NCBI GenBank assembly: GCA_964106645.2 | Contig: OZ067043.1 | Length of the DNA stretch: 64,000 nucleotides | Source of the DNA: Podarcis pityusensis | Taxonomy: Eukaryota | Reading direction: 5' to 3' (one strand) | In this document: one piece after another, positions 27,734 through 40,150 of the stretch | Numbering within the stretch: the first letter of the stretch is position 1 | Layout of the letters: every line of letters starts with the position of its first letter | Made by a program: the position numbers and the translations under genes | Notes under the pieces: model-generated | What the model was told of the DNA's origin: nothing | Database searches by the model: none | Seen by the model: only the letters and a program-made list of their open reading frames with translations

Positions 27734-27759
27734 TGCAATGACTGTCACTAGATGGCAGT
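27734..27759 (+). promoter_or_regulatory. Candidate CTCF site
   Basis: TGCAATGACTGTCACTAGATGGCAGT matches the CTCF core (CCACTAGATGGCAG-like) preceded by a TGCA upstream module. Confidence 0.45.
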
Positions 27760-28179
27760 TAAAGGGAGGGCCAGAAAAAAGCTAGCCTCTCAGCAGAGTT
27801 GATGGGACTAGTCCTGCTTCTTTTCTCTACTTCTGCTCCGCAGTTTGAAGGACTCCAGCCGGCAGAATTTAAAGCAACATTTCATGCTGCAGATTTGACA
27901 GGCAGAAAAGGGATTGTAAACGGACAGCTAGAAGCAAGGAAGGCAGATGGGATAGGTGCGCACAGGGCTGGGTAATGGCTTGCCAAAACAAATGGAATTG
28001 GAAAGCGCTGCATATTGAATTGATTTTAAATAGCAGCACAAACCTACACGTGCCTACTCAAAAGTCAATCCATTGACTCCAATGCAGTCTCCCCTACCCC
28101 CTCGATGAGCAGAGGATTCTCGCTTACAGCGCAATCCCTATATATGTCTACTCGGAAGCAAGTCCTACATGGCAAGTAG

Positions 28180-28900
28180 GTACAGGACTGCGGCCGTGAA
28201 TAACGAAATCAAACCCACGGACGTGGTCGCGCGCGACCGATGCCTGCACCAGAACTGGACACGGAGCTTTCAAGCTACGAGGCTGCGCCTGACAACTGAT
28301 CTTGAGCCTTTGGCTCCTGCTAGCGGAACCGCCGGGCCCCTTACGAGGCTGCAGGCCGCAGAGATGCTGCAGGCGCAGCCTTCCCCGGCCGCTGCTCCGC
28401 CAAAGGAACAGGGAGGCTCCACCTGTTGGATTTCCGCAACCCAAAGGGGAGCCTCGACGCCCGCCGCCTGCAACCGGAAACCGGAAGTTTCTCCGGAGAG
28501 CTATGAATTTCCCTCGACTCGGAGAGGAAGGAAACTTCATACCGGAAGCGGCGGCGACGGCCGAAGCGCGGAGCCCGTGACCTCTGCGCCCCCTAGTGTG
28601 CCTCGGAGCCGGGACCCTCTTCGCTGACGGCCAGAGGGAGGGAAGCCGGAGCGGGAGACGCGGCCGGAGGGGGTAAGTAGGAGGGCGCGGACCGGGGGTC
28701 GCCTCCTGGGAAGGCGAGGGGCTGCCTCGGGGTCGCCCGGGACTGGGAACGGCCGCAATACTATGTTGCCTCCTTTCTCCCATTCACTCCATGTCGGACG
28801 CGGAAGGTGCCGCCTCCCCGGGAGGCCACTAAAACCGGACCCTGCTTGCCTGCCCTTCCTAGGACACAGACCTCCCTAGAGCACACAGAGTGGGGCTGGG
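28180..28900 (+). promoter_or_regulatory. SIKE1 CpG-island promoter with tandem ETS (CCGGAA) sites
   Basis: CpG-dense island; CCGGAAACCGGAAGT at 28474-28488 and ACCGGAAGC at 28541. Confidence 0.85.
28530..28672 (+). other. SIKE1: SIKE1 non-coding first exon (start approximate)
   Basis: Consensus donor GG|GTAAGT at 28673 inside the CpG island. The ATG-bearing exon has its own acceptor, so an upstream exon is required. Confidence 0.7.
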
Positions 28901-28996
28901 GGCATCCGTGTCGTGTGGCCAGTTCTGTGTCCCAGCCTCCTCTAGTGCTTTCATATGAAGACACCTCCCCCCTCTCAAAAAACACCCCACCATAAT

Positions 28997-29188
28997 ATTT
29001 ATTTATTACATTTATGTGGTGTACATGGTTCTCTTCTTCTCGGCTTCATCCTCTCCACAACCCTGTGAGGTAGGTTAGGCTAAACGATGGGGACTGGCCC
29101 AAGGTCATCCAGTGAGCTTCATGGCTGAGGGGGGATTCGAACCCTGATCTCCCAGGTCCTGCTCCAACACTCTAACCATTACACCACA
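28997..29188 (-). mobile_element. tRNA/CORE SINE (Squam3/MIR-like) in SIKE1 intron 1
   Basis: Reverse complement TGTGGTGTAATGGTTAGAGTGTTGG...AGGGTTCGAATCCC...ACCTTGGGCCAGTC...CCTACCTCACAGGGTTGT; A-rich tail. Confidence 0.75.
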
Positions 29189-29273
29189 TATTTCAAAGCC
29201 TCATATACTCTGAGCCTGGCTTTGATAGCTCTTGAATCTTAACCCGATCCGTTCTCCTTTCAGTTCTCTGACA

Positions 29274-29432
29274 ATGGCCTGTACTATAGAGAAGATCCTG
29301 ACCGATGCACGGACCCTGCTGGAAAGGCTGAAAGACCATGACAACGCAGCTGAGTCTCTCATTGACCAGTCCACCATGTTGCACAAGCGGGTTGTGTCCA
29401 TGAAGGAGGCCGGCACACCTCTTTCGCACAAG
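29274..29432 (+). CDS. SIKE1: SIKE1 coding exon 1 (suppressor of IKBKE 1)
   Basis: [53 protein letters not shown]; acceptor ends at 29263, donor GTGAGT at 29433; synteny with CSDE1. Confidence 0.95.
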
Positions 29433-29545
29433 GTGAGTACGGACCCAGCAGCGTCGGTGTGAAAACATGGGTCGGGGTGAGTGGAATGTTGTATGGATAT
29501 TATTAGACTGCTCTGGGTTCACATGGACCATCTTTTCTTTACAAG

Positions 29546-29651
29546 TATCAAGAGGACGGAGCTGAGCTGAAGGACATGTCTAAATACAAACCTCATATTC
29601 TGCTATCTCAGGAGAACACTCAGATCAGAGACTTGCAGCAGGAAAACAGAG
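29546..29651 (+). CDS. SIKE1: SIKE1 coding exon 2
   Basis: [35 protein letters not shown]; AG/GT boundaries. Confidence 0.95.
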
Positions 29652-30901
29652 GTGAGCATTGTGTTAGCGAGGTAACTATGAGCCCTCAAGTGACTTGTTT
29701 GGCTGCAAGGGTTAACCAGAACATAATGCAAGCCTGCACCACTTATGATTGTCTTGAACTGAAGGATGTAAAGAGCACCCATGCCTGTGTGTTCTAGTCA
29801 CAGCTCTAAACAGGATTAGTCCTTGGATATGGTTGCTCATTTCACAAGCACCCTAATCCTAAACATACATACTTCAAGTTCAATTGATTTCTGTGGGACT
29901 AATGTCTTAAGTGTGACTACTGATCTAATTTCTTCATACAAAGTGGTGTGTGGCACCTGATGAGTGCCACATTTTGTGCTGTAGCACAAAAATATATCTG
30001 AATACTGCCCAAATATTCTTCTCAGTACCGGTTCCTTACTCAATTGCATTCTTGGTGAAAGTTGTCTTTAAAGCTTGATAATAAAATTCTACTATTTCTG
30101 TGGCCTGTACACATTTCACCTACAGTCCTTTTTTAAAAACTGGCACCCATTTACTTTCTTTAACCTGATCACTTTCCCCACTGCCTCCAAAATACAGTCT
30201 GAACCTGAATAGCATGGCAGTATTGATGTTTATGATCTATTACTGTATCTTAAACTTCATGAATTTATGAGTTTTTCTTCTAAAAATTTAGAAAACTTCA
30301 GGGTGCTGGGGCCAGTAAAAGTTCCAATATATTTTAATTGATAGCTTCAGCCAATTGTAACTCATCTAAAAATTTAAGTTGTTCATGTTTTGGGGCTGAA
30401 TTAACAAGTAAATTATTTGAAATGCAGTTTACAGCCTTTGTGTACTGGCCATTACTGTACGGTATGTCAGATGCATCGGCTCTTGAGAGCATGATAGCGA
30501 CAGTAGGATTTCCCAAGACTGCCATCCTGAACAGACACATCTTGAACAAAATGGGGCTTATATCCAAGTAGATGTACACAGTATTGGTCTGGAAACAAAA
30601 CTGAATAAGTGCTGGACATATAACCAGAGTTTGAATCAATAGGTGAAGTACTGTACAGTTAAGGAAGGCCAGACCCATAAAGAATTTCTTGAAATTTCAG
30701 AAAATTGAATTATTATTATAAGAGTAAGAAATTGTGTTCATAAGGCACCAGTGGGCTAAGAAAATGTAAGGATTTGAAAATTATTGTATGTATAGAAGAT
30801 GGAGAGGTAGGATGCACAGGGAAGTTGTACAGCTTTAATGTGACATTAGAATATGGAGTTTCTTCCTAGTATTTGCATTGAATTTGTGTTATATTTTTCA
30901 G

Positions 30902-31044
30902 AACTGTGGGTTTCTTTGGAAGAACACCAGGATGCTTTGGAACTTATTATGAGCAAATATAGGAAACACATGTTACAGCTGATGATGAAAAGAAAAGATG
31001 TGGATGCTCAGCCAATTTTGAAAGTGCATCAAGCTCAGTCTGCA
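30902..31044 (+). CDS. SIKE1: SIKE1 coding exon 3
   Basis: (E)[47 protein letters not shown]; AG/GT boundaries. Confidence 0.95.
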
Positions 31045-31316
31045 GTAAGGAATTATTCTATTATTCTTTTTATTCCAGAAAGAAGATAAGTTTCCAATAG
31101 GAAGAAAGATGAGTGGCTTAGTTGTTGTGCTCTGATCCAATGATTTTTTTCCCTTGCCTCTTTTACATTTTCCTCAAGAGTTTGTTCTCTGAAACATCTT
31201 CCTTCCATTAGTGTTCACAGCTCACAAGTGCCTTCTCTTTGTAAAATAAAGTGTTGCAACTCAGCCACAAGGTACCTTCTTTAGAATTCTTATAAAGAAA
31301 ATTACCTGGTATATCA

Positions 31317-31319
<3 letters not shown>

Positions 31320-31387
<68 letters not shown>
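31320..31387. repeat. (TA)n microsatellite
   Basis: Direct inspection. Confidence 0.95.
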
Positions 31388-31390
<3 letters not shown>

Positions 31391-31904
31391 CAGTTCTTTG
31401 TGACTTCAATATTGTAAAATGAGATACCTTTAATTTGTTTTTGTACTGCTTGCAAAAATACAAACCAGTTATAAGATCCAAGAGATTCTCACCACCACCA
31501 CTACCTTAAAGCAGCCAGTATGTTGTAATTAATTCTGTCAGATTGCAACCTGAAGATCTGACCTTCCCTCTTAAACCTTCTGGGATAGCAGGAGAACATG
31601 CAGTTCCAGTACCTCCTGCCACATTCTGTAACAATCCCTCTCCTCTGTTTGTGACAGCAAATGAGACTTTGGTTTTACCACACAGCCAGTTAAGGGAACC
31701 AACATGGGAATATGACAGAAGGCACAGTAGAGCAAAGTTCAGGAAGAAGCTCAGATGTACAATATGGCAGCACTAGGTCCAGTGAGGGAAGGATGTAGAT
31801 ATGACTCTTTGGTTCCGTGTTCTTTGACTTTTCTTTGGAAATATCTGATTTAACTTGTTTTTCTTTTTATTAGTTTATAATTTTGCTTTCAAATCTGCTT
31901 ACAG

Positions 31905-32018
31905 GAAATTGAGAGTCAAATTGACAGGATCTGTGAGATGGGAGACGTAATAAGAAAAGCTGTTCATGTGGACAATGACCAGTATTATAAAATACAAGAA
32001 AAGCTAGCACAGTTAGAG
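31905..32018 (+). CDS. SIKE1: SIKE1 coding exon 4
   Basis: [38 protein letters not shown]; 114 nt, phase 0/0. Confidence 0.95.
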
Positions 32019-32584
32019 GTAAGATGCTGGACAACTGTAGTTGGGGATAGAAAACGGGGAGGCTTGTGCCTTACATTGTCAGAGGGTTCTTTCAGCCTCC
32101 AAGCCTAAACGAAAGTTGGTTGCTGCTTTGTTAAAAGCTAATGCCTGCCTTGAAGTTCTGCTGTGCTCTTGGTACAGCTGATGAGATAGGAAAGCTGGCA
32201 GCTGAGCATCATGAAAGTAGAATCTGCAGCTGCAGAATCCTGCTCCATATCAAAGCCCTTAAAACTGCAAGTTAAGAGGCCGCAACTCTTGGAGTCAGGC
32301 TTGAATTACTGAAAATTCTGTTGCTTCACTCTGAAATGAGACACATGAATTTACTGGAGGGAAAAGGGTAACGCTGCGTAGTATGAAAATATGGTTTCAA
32401 GTTAGCAATTAAGCAGGTTCATTGGGGGATACAGCATTCAGTAGAACCTTACGACTAGGTACAGCAAGGAGCACCATGCAACCACTGAAGCTTTCTCACA
32501 TGATTAAGAAACAGCAGTTGAGGTGGATAATGAAAATCTTAGCTTATCCCTCCCCTTTGAAAGTCGGGTAGGTGTTAGTCTGAC

Positions 32585-32776
32585 GCAGTAGAAATATATT
32601 AAAAAAATTAAAAAATTGTCCAGTAGCTCCTTAGAGATCAACTAAGTTTGTTCTTGGTATGAGCTTTCATATATGAAGAAGTGTGCATGCACATGAAAGC
32701 TCATACCAAGAACAAACTTAGTTGGTCTCTAAGGTGCTACTAGACAATTTTTTTAATTTTATATATATATTTCTGC
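32585..32776. repeat. Long inverted repeat, probably from a Penelope-like element terminus
   Basis: Arms 32611-32670 and 32693-32752 differ at 3 of 60 positions, with a 22-nt spacer; AT-rich flanks extend the symmetry. Family assignment from recall. Confidence 0.8.
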
Positions 32777-33525
32777 TTTGAAAGTCAGTTGCAGAGGGAG
32801 CCTGTGAGAGTAGAATGGCACTGTATGTGGACACTGAAAAGCAAATAAAATGAAACTTATGGTTCGTTTTATTTTCCTTTCAATTACCTCCTTAAGGAAC
32901 TGCCATGACTCAAGCTCCTCAGGCAAGTGCCAATAGTGGTAATGTTTCAGCACCTCTAAAAATTATTACTATTTTATGCACTTCTTTTTACATGAGTCCG
33001 AAGGCAGTTTACAGACATACAATAAAAACAGCTAAAATAGTTTTAAAAGCTGAACAAAGACAATTAAAGATAGGTTTAAAAAAATAATGCAAAATAAACC
33101 TCTAAAACAGAAACCTTTTCATCCAACTGGAAAAGCTTGTTCAAACAAAACTATCCTCAGTTTCTAGAAAGTACAAATAATGGGTGCCTGTTATACCTCA
33201 ATAGGGATGTTATTCCACAAAACAGGATTCAAACTCAGTTTATTAACCCTCATCCAACCCATCACTGCACCCAGACTGTGGTCTGGGTTCTGTGCAACCA
33301 CTCCCAATTCAGATGTTGCAGAGAAATGGAGCTTGGTATCACCACAGTACTGATGACACCTCACTACAGTTTATTGTGGGAGGAGCAGGGTTTGATGGTA
33401 CTTTTCCATTGGCAAGTAGGAGTGTTGCCAGATGGCCCTAGGGTCACCTAGTCAGGTGGAGAGCTGCCACCAGTGGTTCTGCCTAGATAGCCAACAGAAA
33501 GTTCTGAAACAGGATGTTTTTGTTT

Positions 33526-33770
33526 GGAGGAGGAGGAGTTTGGATTTGATATCCCGCTTTACCACTACCCTAAGGAGTCTCAAAGCGGCTAACATTCTCC
33601 TTTCCCTTCCTCCCCCACAACAAACACTCTGTGAGGTAAGTGAGGCAGAGAGACTTCAGAGAAGTGTGACTAGCCCAAGGTCACCCAGCAGCTGCATGTG
33701 GAGGAGCCGAGACGTGAACCCGGTTCACCAGATTACGAGTCCACCGCTCTTAACCACTACACCACACTGG
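33526..33770 (-). mobile_element. Near full-length tRNA-derived SINE (Squam3-like, lacertid type)
   Basis: Reverse complement CCAGTGTGGTGTAGTGGTTAAGAGCGG (A box)...CCGGGTTCACGTC (B box)...GCCGCTTTGAGACTCC...ATCCAAAC(TCC)n tail. Confidence 0.85.
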
Positions 33771-35076
33771 GGTATCTGTGGCTTTTGATGTTCTGGACCA
33801 AAGCCCCATGAATCCCCTAAGGGGTCTAAATTCAACCACCCCATTCCAGGGCTTCAGATGATCCATAGTGGGTTCACCGCTCCCCTCCACCCCACAGCAC
33901 CCCAGATCATTTGGATTTCTCTGCATTTATGTGTAGGAAACTTGAGCAAAGCCTCCATTTTTAAAAAAGACCAAACCAGGATCAGTTACTGCAGCCTCTC
34001 CAAATGGTTGCTAGATATTTTTTTTCTAGCTGCCTTTAAGGGAATCTTAAATATGAAGGTACAGCATTGTTGTGAAATACTATCTCACCAAACCAGCAAT
34101 ATGAGGATAATAACACTGGATAGCTTTTGTATTGGCACCATTTTAGTGTATTTTTTAGAACTTCATTCTCCAGACAAGTTGGCCTTGGTTTGAAGAAGCA
34201 TGCTGCTGCTAAATTAGTACAACAATTTAAGTCCTGGATTTCTCTATGAGCAGTTGTCCCTGTTTGTCACTCTTAATGAAAGATAATCATGACATGCAAA
34301 CCAGGAAACCAATCTCCAAACAAAGGATCTGTCAGTCTAATATTATAGTCCGGCCATATGCGTCCTTTTGCTGTAGGAAAACAGCTTCCACAGAAGATGG
34401 GGATTAGAGTCCTGCTCTTTAGGAAAACATTCAGGATTGGACAGAATGTGTGTGTCCCCCTCTCCTGGTAAACTGGACCAATCAATATCTTAAGTGGCAA
34501 GCTTATAGAAAGCCACTGAGGGAGTCTTTATGTTAACAGAGTTTCGCTTTGGTCTAAAGACTAAAGCACTGAACAATTTAGACAGAACCAGGAATAATAA
34601 GGTGGCTACTTGGCACCCATGGGGTGATCCTGACTCTCTTGAAAAATTATTGCAGACCATTTAAAGGACATTCAAGGTTGGTGGTCAATAAATAACTAGG
34701 CCAGGAAGCTGTGTGTGTGCTTGCTAGGTTCTTGTTGTCATGGCAACAGAGAAGAAATACATATAAGCCCCAGGCTGTGTCCAGAATAGGAGTTTGAGCA
34801 GCTCTTAAAATGGATGTTAGATCACCAAGCTGGCAATCACCAGTCAACTTGGCCAACGCAGGTTTAGTACAACACAACTTGTGAAAGTGCTGATAGAAAT
34901 GGATCTGTAAATCATTAATGTTTTCTCTTGCTATTTTTGTCTAATAAATGAGACCAATATTTATTTGTTTATTTACATTTGCCAAGGGTCTGGATTTAGT
35001 ACTATCTTATACTAGCACTTATATAACTGTCACTGCTTTGCTCATATGTTTGAAACTGTTTTTATTGGTTTTATAG

Positions 35077-35196
35077 CTTGAAAATAAAGAGTTGAGAAAA
35101 CTCTTAACAATCAGCAGAGAATCTATCGAGGTGAGGCAAGAAGAAATGCCTGATGGTGCTTCTCAATCCACAAAACAACTGTCTTTAAATAGTTGA
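35077..35196 (+). CDS. SIKE1: SIKE1 last coding exon
   Basis: LENKELRKLLTISRESIEVRQEEMPDGASQSTKQLSLNS*; TGA at 35194-35196; spliced CDS is 213 aa. Confidence 0.93.
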   Translation, partial: LENKELRKLLTISRESIEVRQEEMPDGASQSTKQLSLNS

Positions 35197-37239
35197 TCTC
35201 TGAAGCTGGTAAACTGCACTGCAGGAAGGAGTGTGCTTATTTTACAAGCTGTTCTTTTAATTCCCTCATGTCTCCGTTTGGGTATCATTCCAGCCTTTTG
35301 CTATATTATAGACTGTGTTTTGTGCATAGCTGCCGAAATGACTCCCTCTGCAGGCTGAGGTTTGCCCTGCTTAATCATGCACAGGAGTAGTCGTGCAGCT
35401 ATAGTCCTAAGCAAATGCTTTCTCAGGGTTATCCTTGTTTTCAGAAATCTCAGTTGGATAGGACAACTTGATCACTTTTGGCTTTTCCAGTGTAAGTACA
35501 TTTCTTTAAAAGTCAGACCTTTATAGGAAATGCAGCAAAATAGTCCGAACAGACTTATTTTCTTAGAAGTTTATTTACTTTCAAGCAAATAATGCCTAAG
35601 ATAAATTGTCATGGAGAATTTAGGCACTCCCATTCTTAATTTGATTTAATTAAAAGTCTAAGCAGTATTTTGGTTCCATTTAACTACTGTTTACCAAAAT
35701 TACTTGTCTTTAATACATCAACCAATATAGAAAGTAATGCACAATTATCTGTAAAAGTATTCTCTGAAACCCTACATGTGTGAGTGCAGTGGCTGCACAC
35801 ACAGAGATATCATAATGTATAACAGAATCTTGCATTTAGCACCCTGTCTAGCATGCCAAACCATTATGGAGGTCCTTGAATGCCTCATGTATTTCCATCC
35901 ATTCCTCTTTTCCCTCTCCCTCTCCCTCCCCAACGCAAGGAATCTGAGCTCATGTTCATTCACTGAGCAGAGGTGGCATGTACAGACCACAAATTCCTTG
36001 TAATTGCTTGTCTTTGCATGCATGTTGAGGGTCGGGGGGGGGGCAAGATATCTGTTAAATCCCTTGGAGACTCCTCTGTGTGCAGGCATTGCTCTTGCAT
36101 GGGGAAGAAATCATGCCCCATCTATTCATGTTTACATAGTACTGAAATGATCTAGAATGATGACTCTTCCAAAAGCAGCATCCTTTGGAACTTCATGCTA
36201 AGTATTTCAAAATTTACTCTTTGTGAGGTATTGATAGTAAAATGCTGCTGTTTCTAGATCCCCCCCCCCTTTCTTCTACTTGAGACTTCAGATGGGTGCT
36301 GCGTGGAATCTTGTTTGTGTACTTTATTGAAGATCTTGTCTTCATGCTGAGTAGTTAAGGAAAGCATTCACCAAACAGACTTGAAGACAAATAAATTATA
36401 AAGTGATTGTATAGGAACCTAGCCAAGTCCTGTCTTCATTTATAGTGCTCTGCAGTTTATTGTGTGTTCTTCTTAGCTGCTCGCTTGCAGACTCTCACAT
36501 CCTCATACCTGATAGATTCTATGACTGTCTCAACATTGTGCTTGTGATTGTAGAGCTAGAACTGGAGACATGTCTAGCCTGTGTGATCACATCTGTATAA
36601 ATGTATTTGTCCCCATAGCATGCTTCCATCTTGTACAGCATATTGCTTATTGCTAAAGTGTTGTAAACCATAATGAATGGGAAAGAAGATATTTCAATGT
36701 TTCTGCTTTCTGCTGGTAAGTTTCAGAGAAGGATCGATTGCTCAGTGTTGACTTGAGCTTGCGGCACATGTCGTTTCTCCATGTTTATCATTTTCCCCCA
36801 TCAGTGTGGTGGAGAGGAGAGCCGGGTTTATTCTTCAAATTCATCTTTTGGTGTTTTTAAATCCTTACCAGTCAGTTTTACTTTGAAGACTGAGCTGATA
36901 AAAGAGCTGCTGCTTTTGTGCATTATGCAAACATAACCTAATCAGCAGGACAGATTCACCTGTATATCATCACTTTGCAGTGTTATGCCTTAAATATATG
37001 CCATCAGTGCCACCTTCAGAATCAAACAGGCTCTTGTTATGAGCGGCAACATGTGCTTAGTCCGTGCATAGATTCTGGATTATTTTGTAAATACCTTTGA
37101 GGGATGTTACAATGTACATAAGTGGGTTACAGAGCTGTTGTGCTATCGTTTGCCATCTTATCTGCCTGCTCTGATCAGTGAATTCAATCTTGTCTTTACC
37201 TCTCAGGTATTAAATATGTATATTTGTTCATTTTCCTGA

Positions 37240-37245
37240 AATAAA
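37240..37245 (+). terminator. Likely SIKE1 polyadenylation signal (3'UTR about 2 kb)
   Basis: AATAAA with upstream TGTA and U-rich elements and downstream GU-rich TTATGTGTTGTGG...TTTTTGT. Confidence 0.55.
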
Positions 37246-39766
37246 TGTTTTGAGGCAATATTATGTGTTGTGGCACTTTTTGTACCGTGGGTAATTTATG
37301 GACTTACCTTACCATTGGCCAGTACCATTGTTTGCTGATTAACCACTTGGACCATTGCAAGTTACGTTCTGTATTTATCTGCAAATTAGGCTGAGTAAAG
37401 GGAACTGAAATTGGCATATGCTGGCTATAAATAGGTGTTTAGTGCAACCATGTTTATCAAACCAATTAAACCCTTAAGAATTTCATAAATGCCTATATTT
37501 AACTTTGTAAAACCAAGTTTTATTTCAGTCATTGACTGAAACAAAATGTACACATTCTCCTTCATACATGAGAATGACAAAAGCAAGCCTGTTTTCAAAC
37601 CTAATTAGTAATTAGCTTTTCTCTAAAATACAGTCTAGGACACACAATATGAAATACAGTTAAGTAAAAAGTACAATTCAAGCTGTTTCCACTGCAACAG
37701 TGCAATCCTATACATGTCTACTCTTTAGGCCTCCTCTCCCTCAACTACCACCAGGCAGCAGCCATTCCATCAGGCCGCCACAGTGGGGGAGGAAGGAAGC
37801 AGGGCTCATTCCATCAACCAGCCAAAAGACCAGCTCCATCAGGTGCCTCCTGCCTCTGAGCTGTTTCTAGGCCAGCTGGTCATTGTGAAAACTAATCTTT
37901 AATAATTGGGACCTGAGTTGCTTTTTGGTCTTTTCTCCCTTGCCCCTTGTGTTTTGAGATGGTAAGCCTGCAGGCAAGGTCTGTCTTGTTTTCATTGATT
38001 ATATGTAAGCCACTCTGTGAACATTTTTAGCTGAAAAGTGGGGTACAAATGCTCCAAATAAATGAATTGTTTTTATTTAATTTGGGTCTTTGAGTAAAGC
38101 AAGGTTGGGAAACCATTTTTAGCCAAATGGCATCATATCCTTTTGGGCAACATTTTGGGACTTGTGTGCAAGTGAACGGATCTGGAAGGAAAAGTGGATT
38201 GATGAATGGAGGTAAATGTTACAAAGGGTCACAGTCAGCTAGTTTCTAAATGCACACGTACTTATCTGGACGTAGGACAGAGGTGTAAGAATGCATTCCA
38301 GCCAGGCAGAAACTAATGCAGAGTGAAGCAGGGCCAGGGAGGGGTGTGTCTTGGAGAGAGTTTCGAGGCCCAGATAAAGGAGCTTGGCCTGAAGTTCTTC
38401 CCTGGGCTAGAACAACATAATCAAAAGTGTAAATGTCAGTCAGTATTAGCAACAGGAGATGAAAATGCCTTCACTTGCCAGTAGGTAAGGTAAAGGTAAA
38501 CAATAGCATCTGTGTAGAGAGACTGCCAGTCAATCCTCCCTAGTCCACCAAAGAGAGATCCATGACATGAAAAATACATCAGATATTGTATCCTTTGGAG
38601 AGTATTGTCTGGTTCACACCTGATCATGACCCCTTCACCATCTGTAGTTTAATTGGAGATGTAGCCAATGGAAAACAAGGTAACCTGCACCTTTGCCCTT
38701 CAAGAAAATTACTTTGGGCCATAATGAATTGAATGTGGAGATCTATCTATCTATCTAAAGAGAGCAATTTGGTTAGGCATTTAATTCTAACTTGCAAACA
38801 CAACAGTTGGTGATAATATTTGGCTTCCTCTAGCAGCTTTCTGCTATCCTGCTAGGCACTGGCTGAAATTAGAAGGGAGAGAGAACCTGACAAAGTAGAA
38901 TGTTCAGTATTTTTCAAACAGAAACAAGTTTCTTTCAGGTGGCCACTGAGTAAAATTATCCTTGCCTCTTATATGTACAAATGTGCTTTCTTTGTTTATC
39001 AGCCTTTTCCTATAAGTCATGTTTTGCAAATAATCTGTGGCTTCCTACCTCCCACAAATCAAGAATCAAGTTTGTCTACATTTTTCATAAGTGTGCCTCT
39101 AGCTGAAAATTGCTTTGCAGTTAACAGCCACTGCAAGAATAAAATAACACATTTGTTTTAGAAAATAGGCATTCAGTTACCAGCCCAAGATTGCACCTAA
39201 TTTTACAGTGATGCTCATAATGGTTTGGACCTAAAAGTAGAGTGCTTTGGCTCATAGAAGGGGGGCTTGTTTGCACTCTTCATTGCAGCAACACCATACA
39301 CCCTTAAAAATTATCTCCTGAAGGTTGGAGAACGATCCAGTGGCTTTGGAGGGTGAGGAGAGACTACATTTGCAGAGGGGGGAAATCTGCAACCCTATCA
39401 TGAGTGTGCAGAAATACCTTCTGTGTGTGCATATTGGGACTGGAGTCCAGGCCTCGGATTGGTTCACTAAAAGCACTGCCTTTGAGTCAATAAGGATAGG
39501 GCATCCCAACCTGCTTCAAGGTAATTCACCGACACGATCAGGGTTATGTCAACAGCCACTGTTGCTAGATATGGCATGCCAATATCCTGCATAGCTGTCA
39601 CAAAAAGTAATTTATGTGCGCTCCTAAATCCAGTTAAGGAAGTTGCATACCATATTTTGCTGATACATAGTAATTACTATTATGGAGTTACAATTATAAT
39701 CCAATGCAACAGGCTAAACTAGTCTGACTACTTCCAAGCAAAGTGGTGTACCATGCAATGTTGCTG

Positions 39767-39897
39767 NNNNNNNNNNNNNNNNNNNNNNNNNNNNNNNNNN
39801 NNNNNNNNNNNNNNNNNNNNNNNNNNNNNNNNNNNNNNNNNNNNNNNNNNNNNNNNNNNNNNNNNNNNNNNNNNNNNNNNNNNNNNNNNNNNNNNNN
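39767..39897. other. Assembly gap (131 N)
   Basis: Run of N. Confidence 1.
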
Positions 39898-39996
39898 CAC
39901 AGAGGACCCAATTTGTTTGTGTTTTATAGAAAAGGGAACTGGAGGCTTCTTGGTGGTCAAAGGTGTAGGAAGCTGCAATTCCAATTTGGGGATTAA

Positions 39997-40150
39997 CTGT
40001 AGCTCAGATAGAGCATCTGCTTTGCATGCAGAAGATCCCTGGTTCAATTTCCAGGTGGGGCTGAGAGAGGTCCCTGCCTGAAACCCAGGAGAGCTGATGC
40101 CAGTCAAGGTAGACAGCACTGAATTAGATGGGCCAATGGTCTGACTCAGA
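39997..40150 (+). mobile_element. tRNA(Ala-like)-headed SINE
   Basis: CTGTAGCTCAGATAGAGCATCTGCTTTGCATGCAGAAGATCCCTGGTTCAATT head; body ends ...GGTCTGACTCAGAATAAGGCAG. Confidence 0.7.

Noticed and set aside
28148-28995. Overlapping long ORFs (up to 211 aa) on both strands
   Set aside because: Stop-poor GC-rich CpG island; Arg/Pro/Gly/Ala-rich translations with no recognisable domain.
29274-35196. Alternative identity as FGFR1OP2 (SIKE1 paralogue)
   Set aside because: The [22 protein letters not shown] segment and the position between NR1H5 and CSDE1 indicate SIKE1.
39997-40060. tRNA-Ala-like sequence as a tRNA gene
   Set aside because: Incomplete cloverleaf, continues into a SINE body, and has several degenerate copies in the window.
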